NCBI GenBank assembly: GCA_038496445.1
Contig: JALMLS010000631.1
Location: 124,001 to 188,000, forward strand
DNA from: Trichosphaerium sp. ATCC 40318
Lineage: Eukaryota > Protista > Tubulinea
DNA length: 64,000 nucleotides
Direction: 5' to 3'
Shown: piece by piece, positions 24,170 through 36,168 of the stretch
Layout: each line of letters opens with the position of its first letter
Numbering within the stretch: the first letter of the stretch is position 1
Translations under genes and position numbers: made by a program
The notes under the pieces: model-generated
Told to the model about the DNA's origin: nothing
Database searches by the model: none
Seen by the model: the letters and a program-made list of their open reading frames with translations, nothing else

Positions 24170-26672
24170 ATGAAACGGGCAGCAGAAGGCACTGCGGAGT
24201 TAGATGGCGACAGAGCCAAAAAGCAAAAGGTTGAAGGAAAGGCTGAAGAAACAGAAGTAAAGGATACTGCTATTAAAGACGTCCCTGCACCGAATGTACG
24301 CGTAAAATGAAGAAAATAGAGATTCTAACTTCGTAATTAGATGCCTAGAAAGAATCTGTCTAAGAAGCGTAAAAGCATGAAGAATTTCTACAAGGAGCAA
24401 ACGAAACTCCTAACAGCAAAACACAAAGTACTTTTAAATTTTAACTACGCTAAATAGCCTCTAGTATTGTAAGGCAATGATAGCAAAGGGAAGCTGCAAA
24501 TTTCTAGAGTACGCAACAAATAAAAACTTGTAAGTACCGTACTCACGTTAAAAAGAACCTGTAAATACGATCACGATATGGAAGGCTTTCTGGCAACAAA
24601 ACCAGCCGATATTGGAGACAAATGCTTTTCTTATGACAAGTATGGCATGTACGTAAACTGGATAACCCTCGTTCTTTTGCTTAGTTATTTTTAAAGCTGT
24701 CGTTTCGGTTTGGGTTGTAGATTTGGTGCGAGCCACATTAAGGGTACAGAAGTTATTGTAAAGCCTGACGTACGCGAAATATGGCTTTATTTATGATTCT
24801 AACCACAACAACAGGCAAAAGAACTTAACTCTGATATTGACAATTTCCCTGACAAGCGTGTGATTACGCGAGTCCGAAAGTTGAAACAAAAGAACTTCAA
24901 AGCAGCGAAAATGATACAGGTACATAATTCTGCTTATGACACTTTGATTTTTGTACATGGCAACAAAATCACTACAACTTGCCTAGACTTATTATTATTG
25001 ATGTCTAACTGTTGTATTTTGAAAAGAAAATAGAAGGTACACCAATGCCTTTAGCTTCTGGATGGTTTGCTAATCTTGGTATCGAGCCGCGAAATAAAAA
25101 AGAAGTAAGCACAAATTACTTTTTTTGTATTTAATCTATTTTTATGTATATTGACATTTGTTTTACAAGGTCGACTTTAAGAACAAACTCATTCTCGCAC
25201 CTTTAACTACTGTTGGAAATCTACCTTTCCGTGTTATTTGTAAGCAATGGGGAGCAGATATAACAGTATCAGGTACAGTTGGCGAAGAAAAAAAGCATTC
25301 TACTTTTGTGCTCCAAATGTTGACAGATTTCTTTAGAAATGGCAGTTGCTAGTGAAATTTTAAAAGGAAAAATGAGCGAATGGACTCTATTAAAGCGACA
25401 TAAATCTGAAGACGTATTCGGCGTTCAATTATGTGGTAACAGAGTTGGTGTAATGACACGTTGTGTTGAAGTCTTAAATGAAAATACAAGCATGGATTTT
25501 ATTGATATAAACGCTGGATGTCCTATAGACTTAGTGTTCAACAAAGGCCAGGGATGTGGTCTGTTACAACGCGTATCTCGTTTAGAAAAAGGCACGTGAT
25601 TAAAGCACTAACTAGTACTTTTTTGGATTTTCTTTCAGAAAGTAGCTTTGCTCACTTTTATGTCCAGTTGTGCGTAGTATGGCTGCTGTATCTACAGTAC
25701 CTATTACTCTAAAGACAAGAACTGGTATTTACGCAAAGAAACGTGATGTTATAACCAAATTATTCCCAAAAGTTGCTGATTGGGGAATATCAGCTGTATG
25801 TCTTCACGGTATGTTTGTAAACATTCATTAGTACTTTTTTTTTTGATACCTTCATAGGTCGTACCAGATTTCAGAGATACTCCGGACTAGCTGATTGGAA
25901 CTACATCAACGAGTGTACGAGAGTTACTGAGCTTCCTTTTATTGGTAATGGTGATATCTGGAGCTGGGAAGAGGCGCGTTAATATAAAAACCTACTCAAA
26001 TTGTGTCTGATTATTTTAGGCTGTCGAGAAGTTAGATGGCGGTGTTGCTTCACTCATGTTGGCTCGTGGTGCTATTATTAAACCATGGCTATTTACAGAG
26101 ATTAAAGAAAGACGACACATCGACATGTCATCAAGCCAGAGATTTGAATTGATAAAAGAATACACAAACCAAGGTCTATACTATTGGGGCAGCGATTCTC
26201 ATGGTGTAGAACGTACACGCTACTTTTTGCTGAATTGGTATGTTACGCTCGAATTAATAGTCCGTTTTTAATATAAAATAGGCTATCTTTCCTCTGTAGA
26301 TACCCTCCTGTGGCCTTATATGGTACGCTGTTATTCTGGAATGATACAATGAGTTTTTGTTTTGTTTTTTGATTCTCATGGTGATATAGAGCGTTTCCCT
26401 AAAATGAATGAAGCTCCACCATCAGATATTGTATACAGAGATGATTTAGAAACACTTATGGCTTCTCATTCTATTGAAGACTGGATAAAACTGTCCGAAA
26501 TGAGTACGTCTTATTTCTTTTCTACAAATTTTATTTTTTTGTACACATTGCTAATAAGTTTTTTTTAGCACTTGGACCTGTTCCAGAGGGATTTAGTTTC
26601 CAAGCAAAGCATAAAGCCAAGTCTTATGATGCAAAGATTAAAAATGAGTCTGTTGCAACAGAATGGGGTTAG
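24170..26672 (+). CDS. DUS3: tRNA-dihydrouridine(47) synthase DUS3-like (CCCH fingers + Dus domain)
   Basis: [68 protein letters not shown]. Confidence 0.96.
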
Positions 26673-26696
26673 GCTAGATAACCTTTTAACTGCACT

Positions 26697-27603
26697 TAGT
26701 AAAGCCATCCCAAAATACTAAACAGCGTGGCAATGTCATCATTAGTTTCGTTGACTATGGGCGGCTGTGATTCTACAACTGTTGTATTACTTCGTGTTGT
26801 ATTTGTTTGTAATGAATTTAATTCTTGATTTGATGTAAGACGTTTTATTGTCTCTTTGTCTTCTCTTGCTTCTTGTTTTAGTTTGTAAATCTAGATTTCG
26901 TAAGTTTTGGTTGTTTTGTTCGTTGTTGTCTCTGGTGGAACGTTTTGTTTTAAGATTCATACTTGGTTTCTGAATTTCTTCATTGCAACTCTGCGCTTAT
27001 GTGTTACATATCGTAATTGTTGTTGGTGGATTTCGAAGTCGAGGCTTCTTTGACCTTTCGCCTGCAAAAAAAAACATTAATAAACGTGATTAATTATTTT
27101 TGGTGCGTACCGCTTGAATTTGTTTTCTTAGTGATGTGACTATAGAAAAATACTCCCTAGAGATATTTCTGGTTTGTTCTATTAAACCTTCAAGAAGAAT
27201 GACTCGCCGACGAAGTGTTTTTTGAATTGAAGTTGTGGCAGTATCTAGATAGATTATTAATCACAACAACTATACGGTAACCACTACACCACTAATAGCT
27301 AACTGTACCTTGTACTATTAGTATAGAAAAACTGCATACAAGCAATAAAAACGCCAACGAAATTTGTCTAAAAAGTTGTCAGTATTTCTTTGATTGAGAG
27401 TAGAATTCCCAACGTACGCTATTGTTGTCTTTGGGTGTTTCAACAGTGCCCATTCTTCATAATAATGAAGTATTATTGCTTGGCACGCGTAATCAATGCA
27501 GTTAATCGATATTGTAGGCTTACAGACGCTACAAATATCGTGTGCGTAAGGGTTTGGGAATAGCCAGCGCGTTGTTTTAGGATGATTGGTTGTTTTTGGC
27601 ATA
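26697..27603 (-). CDS. Hypothetical protein with one hydrophobic helix and a coiled coil (5 exons)
   Basis: MPKTTNHPK...PKTTIA|QISLAFLLLVCSFSILIVQ|DTATTSIQKTLRRRVILLEGL... stays open across four GT-AG introns to TAA. Confidence 0.65.
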
Positions 27604-27952
27604 GTGCGTTGATGAGTTGCTACAAGCGTTGTGGTAAATAAATTTGATAGATACGAGATGTGGATTATCAATCTCGAGGAGTTACACTATTTTTGGCCTC
27701 AAGCACCTCACAATGTAATACACTTCATAATAGTATCGTTCTACCAGCTCATCAGCGGTACTTGGGTTCTAATACCCCTTGTCACGTTCTAATAGACCTT
27801 GTCACGGTAACGATGCTTGAAAATAACATAGATGCGTTCTAAGCGCCAACAGGCGAACTAAGCAACACGTGGTGGTCAACCGCTACCAGCGCTAGTATTA
27901 TGAAGTGGGGTTTTGAAAGGGTTAAGGAACCCCAGCCTCATTAGTAATTAAC

Positions 27953-28515
27953 ATGGCAAGAGTGACAAGGGTACCAGCGATGTCTTTTTCACTAAAAGCT
28001 CTTATCCTTACAATAATCTAGGCATTATCACATGCAGTAACACGACGAATACGTCTCAAGAGCAAACAAACCTCAAAGAGAGCAAGGGATGGCGTTAGTG
28101 TCCGGTTTACGCACGACAGCGATACACCCGACATGATAATAATACCTGCCCCTATATTACATGCTCCTGACCCTCTTACAAGTATGTTTTAATAATACAA
28201 GTTTTTCTGTAATCTTTTTTTTTTTTTGGGTAACATGTTTACCATTAGACTCTGATGTATTCCTGAGAATGCTAAACAAAGCGGAGGCTGAAGCAAAAGT
28301 ACGTTATTAGTAAACGGTATTTGAGTCCAATTTTCTAACAACGGTACTTCGTGCAGGCGTGTGAACCTGTTGTAGATCCGCGCGGAAAATTCGTGGAGGC
28401 GGACCCAAGTGTACAGTTTAGGCCAAGAGCCGGGCTAAGCCTGTCTGGTTACAGAAAACCAGGCATTAGGTCCGCTCCACTATCAACACTAAAAAGCCCT
28501 TGGTACGTGCAATAA
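27953..28515 (+). CDS. Small basic orphan protein (~127 aa, 4 exons), absent from ORF track
   Basis: MARVTR|ALSHAVTRRIRLKSKQ...DPLT|NSDVFLRMLNKAEAEAK|ACEPVVDP...KSPWYVQ*; three GT-AG introns keep the frame open. Confidence 0.6.
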
Positions 28516-29000
28516 TAGTTTTAAAAACCTCGAACAAATCACGTGTGAAATGTGGTTTTAAAAAAGTATTGTAGTTTTTTAACTTTATCGTTTCAGGCGG
28601 TGCGCAAAAGCAACAGCCTTGCGGCGTTCAGAACCACGAACCAATAATAGCAGAACTCGCTTTCTTATAGCAAAAACTCGGAGAAAAGAACGCACCTAAC
28701 GGTAGAAGCGTAGAAACGGGGAAAAAAAGAAAACCTATTATCTTCTAAAGCGCTAGTCTTCGCGTATTTTAGGGCTAGTAAAATTGAATAATACTAGAAG
28801 TAAAACTGTACAGAATAAATACGACGAATTATGACATTTTTGAAGAATTCTGCCACTAGGCGCTAAGAATTCAACAGGCAATTCAGAATTCTTCCCTTCT
28901 TTACTTTCTTTGACTTGTCAAAGTTTTAAACGGCTCTCAATGGCTTGAAATGAACTGATACTTTTGTAAGAGTATTCCCGTTGCTTGGTGTGTATGATTG

Positions 29001-29601
29001 ATGGCAAATCAAAACTTTTTACAGGCTTGCAAGACGAAAAAAGATGTTGACACCGCAATTCGGATTAATATCGATAAAGTGGTAGTTTTAAGGTACACTC
29101 GCGTAATTTTCAGCAACACTAACCGAAATTCAAGATTTGGCAAAGCGAATACTATCGAAACCATGATGCAAGACGAAGTTGTGCGTAGAAAGCGATATTT
29201 CTAACAGTTTGAAGCTAAAATGCGAATAGCTACGCAAAAGCGAGAAACTTATCTCAAAAATGGCATGTGTATTCGCAGTAGACATAGATGACGTACCTAT
29301 TTACGTTGAATACTTTGATATTTCTCTGATTCCAGCTACTTTATTCTTTTTCAACGCTCAGCACATGAAAGTAGACTTCAGGTACGCAAAATACGATAAA
29401 TCGTTAGAACAACATCAAGTCTAACACTTAAAAAGCACACCTGATCACACAAAATGGATAGGAGCATTCAAGACTAAGCAAGATTTTATAGACTTGGTAG
29501 AAACTATTTATCGAGGTGCAATGAAAGGCAAATATATTGTTCCTAGCCCCATACCAAGGGATCGTGTACCTAAGTATAGTCTGCTATACAAGGGTATATA
29601 G
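29001..29601 (+). CDS. TXNL4B: Thioredoxin-like 4B (Dim2/DLP), 4 exons
   Basis: KVVVLRFG...[45 protein letters not shown]: the PDHTK signature is TXNL4B-type, not Dim1 (GNNNKINW). Confidence 0.92.
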
Positions 29602-30199
29602 CCACGATGTGATGCTTCGACATCACAGCACCTTGTACAGGTGTTGAAGGAGGCTTCTGTTCACCCTGACGTCAAGGATGGCATACAAACAAAATAATAT
29701 TTTAAACATACGAACTTAGTGTACGTCCTAATCAATACTTTTCTATGTATCTTTGAACGTAACTGAATGCTCGTAGTTCAGTTCAGTGGACAACACCCGG
29801 GTCAAAAACTCACCATGAAGTGTATGAGCATAATAAAACTCAATTTTCTTTACGCTTAAAACGACCTTTAAAGTACTATCGAATAGGCGAACAAGATTGC
29901 ACGATCTAACCCTGTTGCAGAAAAATAGTAATTTACCTTCCTGAATTTTTGATTTCAAAGAATGGCGGAAAAGTAGTTTATTTTTGTAGGTTGCAACTTG
30001 GAAACTCCAAATTATGACTGGGTGACATACAAATATGTCGAACTATGATTACTGTCAACGTGGCTTTTTTTTTGTTGAACTTGTGTCACACACAAATATA
30101 TTCCAAAACCCCAAACAATTTGGTTAATATTATTGCCGACGTTGATTACTTTATTCGTCTATCAACATACATAAAGCAACATCTCCGTCAATATTAACA

Positions 30200-31324
30200 A
30201 TGAAAGTAACACTATCAACAACCACACCACGTGCTAAATGTTCTGTTTTCTTCAATACGAAACCTCATATTGCATGTGCTTTAAAAGACGGACAAGTTGA
30301 AATATGGAATTGTGAAACTAAAACAAAGATTAAGGCATGGAAACCTTTGCAATCTGGTACCACACATATTTGTTTCCGTGTAAATCTAATCACAAAATAG
30401 ATCAACCGTTACGCACTATTGCTATAACAAGTGATGATAAGTTCCTAGCCACTGCTGGCGACGAAAAAACGTAACTTTCCATTTTGCTACAATGTGTCTA
30501 ACTATTGTCAACAGGATAGTTGTTTATGACATGGACACTGAAAAGTGTGTTGCAACGTTGCAAGGCCATACAGATTTTGTACGCACAATCAGATTCTCAT
30601 CTGACGATTCTATGATACTATCAGCAAGCGATGACTTTACCATAAAGTTGTGGGATTGGAAAAAGCAATCTGCCTTATGTACTGTTTAAGAACTTGTAAT
30701 TTGTATTTTATGTTATTAATTTCTTTAAAGGTAGCTCAGTGGTTCACTCTCACTACGTCATGTGCGCTGTATTTAGCCCTGATGAAAAGTACGTCGCTTC
30801 AGCTTCGTTGGACAAGACTGTAAAGGTGTGGGCAGTAGCTGATTGTGCGTGTAACCAAAACTTATTGCCAACTAACCTTCGGTACAGTATTGAAAAATAC
30901 CAATCCTTCACCAATACAAGTTCTCGAAGGTCACCAAAAAGGTGTAAACTGCGTTTCCTGGGATGGAGATCATATTGTTTCAGGTTCTGATGATCATTCA
31001 ATAGCCGTATGGAACGGTTTAAAGGTAACACAAACAGAAATCGAAAATTAACTAACGGCGTTTAAGGGAGAAAGACTTTCGAGCATTGACCAAGCTCATG
31101 ATGCCAACGTATGTTGTGTCTTAAAGCACAACAATTTTATCATATCATGTGGTGAAGACAACAAGTTATATGTATGGGACCTTAAATCTGGAGCGAAGAA
31201 ATCTAGCTATTCTTCTGATGATAGCAGATATTGGTGGGTGTCCTACAATAGCTCTTCAAACTTGATTGCAGCATGTCATGATAAGGGGCTTCAACTGTTT
31301 GTATCTGAGCAAAAAAGTGATTAA
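30200..31324 (+). CDS. Stand-alone WD40 propeller resembling the N-terminal propeller of COPI alpha/beta'
   Basis: TPRAKCSVF, GHTDFVRTIRF, SASDDFTIKLWDW, HSHYVMCAVF, SASLDKTVKVW, LEGHQKGVN, RYWWV, AACHDKG; stop at ~290 aa. Confidence 0.85.
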
Positions 31325-31619
31325 AACAACCACTTCTAACCTCACTATTTTCGCACATTGTCCATATTCACTTACAGCTGCTCCTTAACTTTTGTATTTT
31401 TTTTGAGTGTTATCCTATCAGCTGGTTACTTCCACTGTTAAATTGGACAATGAATCTGACCACCCACAAAGCGACACTGTGTATTTAACAAAATGTGAGA
31501 AAACGCAATAGACTCAAATTGTCCTTTTATCATCATCACTCGGACACGTTTGTCATACATAATTTTAGTTCTTCATTGGATGCGATATTTATTGTGAACA
31601 TATTAAAAGTGCTTCCAGT

Positions 31620-32516
31620 TCACATGACAAGGTGGTTATAAGCATTGAAAAGCAGCGATGATGTATATACATTAAGAAAAACACGATCAATAAAGTGTGT
31701 CAACAGGGGCGAGGGAGCTATTATTGCAATCACTGTAACTATCCGCCACCACCACGTCTTCCCTGCAACACTGTAGAATACTTTTTTTTCCAAATACAAA
31801 TACACTGGTTGAATAACAAAATAGACAAGAGCAGGAAGACCAAACCAAAAATCATAATTTTTTGCCAACTGAAATGGTACTACATGTGTCACACCTGACC
31901 AAAAGAAAACACCCCAAACACCTCCAATGGGGTAAGCTATCTTTCTAAACATACGTGCAAAAGAAAGGTTCCATCTCTTAGACCAGAATTCAGTCACTGA
32001 CTTGCTTAAAACAGGATTGTCGAAATGTGGAAAGTTTTCTTTTCTATTACAGGCCAGAGCCATGCCTATGTCAAATAGTTTATATAAAATCTCTTCCGAC
32101 GCATATATAATAGGCCCAGTAGTAATATAGAGTGAAACAGACGAGTGCCTCCTGAGTAGAATTACAATATCAAGAATAAATAGCCAGAACGCCAATAATA
32201 CGCTTCTAGATATCAAAAACCGCGTTTTCGACTGTACTAAAGGCGTTGCGTAGTCATCTGGATCAAATGGCAGTAGCAATCGTAGCCATAGCGCAAGTGG
32301 CGACTTTAGGTCTTTGTTTAGCGTTAGACGTTGTATTGCAGTTAAAAAATATACGCCCATCACAAAACGCTCCGCAATAGTGTCAAACAACGTAGGAATA
32401 GCGAATAAAACACCGGAGAGCAACAATCGTGCAAATAACCATGCACCAGTTGCATTTACCAAAGAAGCGATCAGAGTACTACCAAGTATCACTGATGTCC
32501 CGTAAAATGCCTCCAT
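31620..32516 (-). CDS. Membrane-bound O-acyltransferase (wax-synthase-like MBOAT), intronless
   Basis: FDNPVLSKSVTEFWSKRWN and FFWSGVTH motifs; multiple transmembrane segments. Confidence 0.88.
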   Translation of the reverse strand: MEAFYGTSVILGSTLIASLVNATGAWLFARLLLSGVLFAIPTLFDTIAERFVMGVYFLTAIQRLTLNKDLKSPLALWLRLLLPFDPDDYATPLVQSKTRFLISRSVLLAFWLFILDIVILLRRHSSVSLYITTGPIIYASEEILYKLFDIGMALACNRKENFPHFDNPVLSKSVTEFWSKRWNLSFARMFRKIAYPIGGVWGVFFWSGVTHVVPFQLAKNYDFWFGLPALVYFVIQPVYLYLEKKVFYSVAGKTWWWRIVTVIAIIAPSPLLTHFIDRVFLNVYTSSLLFNAYNHLVM

Positions 32517-32659
32517 TACTGTTCAATAGTTATTGAATTACAAACGAACACAATTGAGATGAAATGAGAACAATTCACTATTTTTACAGTTGAGGTTCAC
32601 GTGATCAAGATGGAAATTAGGAGGTTTTTGAAACTTTTTCTATCATTTGAAAAAATTGT

Positions 32660-34841
32660 TTAGTATGGTCTATGTACAACATCCATATAATCTACAAGAA
32701 TGTTCTTCAACATTGTCCTGTCGACCATCTTATCTCCAGCTTCATATGTTTTAACAGTATCATTTCCCCATTTTGTTGGATTGGCAACAACATCCTTGTA
32801 AAAAAAATTGATAAGTTCAAGCTTGGCGACAAAAAAAATAAACAAAGGCTGTTCATCGAACAACAGAGCTTACCGTAACAGCTTCTTTGAGGTCTTCAAG
32901 GAACTCTCCAATTACTTTTGAGTCAGTGTTGAGTGTAATAGATAAGTGAAGGGCAGGAGGTTTTACAATACGGTCCATGTTCCATCCTTTAGAACGAAGT
33001 ACTTCTCCAACATGATAGATGTTATTCTTGCCTAAATATAATGTTTTATTACAAAAATAATTACCTAGCATGTGTCTAAGTATGTTTTTTACGTACTGTC
33101 TGTCGTTGTAAAAGCAAACCCACACATATCAGGTTCACCAATAACAGTCAATTCAGGTATTTTGTTTATTCCATTTTTTGCTTCCTCTGTGTATGTCATC
33201 AACTTTGATACAACATTCTTGTATCCTTCTTTTCCGTTCTTCATAAGTGCAGCCCAGGCGCCTGCAATTAGACCTCCAGGTCGAGTACCAGCCTACAAAA
33301 ATTCAGTTAAAAAAACGCATCAGGATTACTACTAGAGGTTTGAGTGGACATACGACTGTTGGTGTGCAGTAAAGCCAAGTATGTTCACTGTAAGCAAAGA
33401 ACATATGTTTACGAATCTCTGGTTCACGGAACATTACAACTGAAGTTCCTTTAGGTCCAAGTCCGTACTTGTGAACATCTGCAGATATTGTAGTAACACC
33501 TTTTAAACAGTCAAGATTTAAAACGTTTTCTAAAGATGCTGCAGCTTGTACCAGGTAGTCTGAAGTCGTACACGTATGGTAACTCTTTACCAAGCATTTC
33601 CATGAAAGGCAGAACGAAGCCTCCAAGGCAGCAATCAACGTGTAAGCCAATACCATGCTCATTTGCCAACGAAGCTTTAAAAAAGTCAGTTAGCAACAGA
33701 AAGGATTTGATGATTATTACCAATCTCAGGAATAGGATCAATGACGCCAAAAGGGAAGCAAGGAGCACTTGCATAAATCATAAATGTATCTTTTGTTATG
33801 GCTTTTCTTATAGCCTCTACATCTGCTCTATAGTCTTCTTTACGTACTGGAATTCGTACAACCTTAAAGCCTAAGCACAAAACGCATTTAGCAATAAGTC
33901 AACTTAACACCTTTTGGAATTTACCAAAAAATTCAGATGCTTTGTTGATTGACGAATGTGATGTTGTAGAGCATATAAGTGTCGGATTCTTTATGTCAGG
34001 TCGTCTAGATAGTACCCACTCTTTTGTAGCTTTTATACTGAGCAGAATTGATTCTGTACCACCTGAGGTAACGTTTCCACAAACTGTCTTTCTGACCTTG
34101 TTTCCCTATTTTTTGAGAAAACGTCAAATGACGAGAATGACATCTGTCTGTTTAAAACACGTACCAAAAGGTTGGCAGTCATCGCTACAACCTCAGACTC
34201 GAACTTTTGAAGACTAGGGAACATACCAGGTGTCAAAGGATTAGTATTGGCGAACATACTGTAAGCCTAAGCGAGATTATTTTAGACCAAAGTCTTGCTT
34301 TAAATATGAACCTCAACAAGAAGGGATTTGTGTTCCTTGTCCTTTGTTTGATAATAGACATATCCCCAAACGCGTCCATCCGCTTCTTTAACGTCTGAAA
34401 CACTAACAGCCTTCATAATTGCTAAAACATCGTCCTTGCTAAGTGAGCCGTTTGGAAGTTCAGTATTTGTGTCCTGGTCGCCAAGGCCTTGTCGTAGCTT
34501 CTTTTGTGTCTTTTCTAAACCGCTAACGACTTTTGCTTGTTCTGCCGCAATGATCGAACTGCCACCTGGTATCGCTTGAATGGACTTTACCATGATATAT
34601 TCAAGGTATGGAGTTACACCTACAGCAAGTGAGAAAACGGTTTCATTTTATTTCAAATGTGAGCGCACCGTGTTCGGCAACCTGTTTAGCAACATACAAA
34701 CCCAAAACGGAACCTTATAACAGTCAAAAGTCAAAAACCATTTTTATTTGGTTTGATTTATCAATAACGCGTACCTACGCCAGCTAAATAGTATGTAGCA
34801 TTCCGAACTAGCGGATTTTTCCAAGATAGCTTTGACAGCAT
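32660..34841 (-). CDS. SGPL1: Sphingosine-1-phosphate lyase (PLP-dependent)
   Basis: FANTNPL, TSGGTESIL, HVDCCLGGF, SADVHKYGLGPKG (PLP lysine), GTRPGGLIAGAWAA. Confidence 0.95.
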
Positions 34842-35311
34842 CTACACGCTCAATTAATCATATAACAGTGGTAACGTAATTACAAAGGACACATTCTTGC
34901 GTAACCGTACGTTTTTGGTTGTTTATTCTGTTTGAGAAGAAGCTTAAACGACTACTTTCTTAAAAAGGAATGTATCTTGTTTATTTTAGAAATGACCTGT
35001 CACTATTTCAATTCAAAGTAAACCGTCATCAAGACGTACAGAGCCAGTACCAATGTTATAGCTGTTGGTGACGCTGTGTACTCACAATTGTACCAGGTTT
35101 ACAGTTACATTTTGTTGGCGGCTTCTTCAAGTATCTACTCAAAGACACTAACTCAGAATAAGAATCTAGAATGACACTTTACGTATGTACATGTGATACT
35201 AGCTACAATATAAGTTGTTAAAAAAAAACTATCGTAAGAGGCGTAAAATACTGAGATTAAGTTTGAAAACAGTTTTTCGTGATTCTTTGCTGACAACTTC
35301 TCTGGCTTCTC

Positions 35312-36116
35312 ATGGAAATAAAGCGAGAAGTAAGTACTCAGTAACTGTTCTTTGTATTTAACGAATTCTAAGTTCAAGTCAACCAAAACGCTGTTTAGAA
35401 GGCTTACAGATCTTCCAGTTGAGCTATGTCTCGATATAATAGAGTTAGACGTTGAAATCTATATCATGTGGCCTTTACTATCTAAACAAGCAGCAACGAC
35501 AACGAGATTTGATTGGAACTTGAACAAACAAGGTAAATGGATAAAATACAGGGGGTTAAAATACAGGAGGAAAAGGTATTGTAAAATAGAGCTAGAGCAT
35601 TGGGCTCATGGAATACGTGAAGGACCTTGTAAATACTGGTATCGTAATGGATTAATTCGTACCGAATGCTCGTATGTTAATGGTAGGCCGGAAGCAGTTT
35701 ACAAACTTCTGGCACTGAGCGGTCAGCAGAAGTCACAAAGTAATTACGTCAACGGCAAGCAGGAAGGAGAGTACAAGAAATGGCACCGCAATGGTATATT
35801 AGCCGAACAATGTCACTATGTAAACAACAAACAAGAAGGAGAGTTTAAATCCTGGTACGATAATGGAAGGAAAGCTATACACTGTTATTTTGTTGATGGT
35901 AAGAAACATGGAGAATACCAGAATTGGTTTACGTTTGGACCTATGAGAGAGCGTATGTCCTTTGTTAATGGAGAAAAAAAAGGTGAACATACTTTCTATT
36001 TTCACAATCGTAGCAATCCGCAACCAAAGGTTTTAGTCAGGAGAACTTATTTTGCTAATAATAACAAGATAATTAGACAAACTTACGAGTGGCAAGAAGT
36101 GCAACAAGAAGAATAA
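35312..36116 (+). CDS. MORN-variant repeat protein with F-box-like N-terminus (paralogue of 16540..17364); one 5' intron 35330-~35372
   Basis: ATG 35312 MEIKRE|FKSTKTLFRRLTDLPVELCLDII...FDWNLNKQGKW; repeats EGEYKKWHRNG. Confidence 0.85.
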
Positions 36117-36168
36117 ACTGTCTTTTTTTTTTTTTGATTTTTGTACATTTTGATTTGATTAATTTCTT

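Noticed and set aside
27749-27756. CTGATGA hammerhead core on the minus strand
   Set aside because: No matching GAAA with stem II/III pairing on the same strand.
27917-27928. CCTTAACCCTT on the minus strand as a telomerase template or U12 branch site
   Set aside because: A single short match with no supporting telomerase structure, and not inside an intron.
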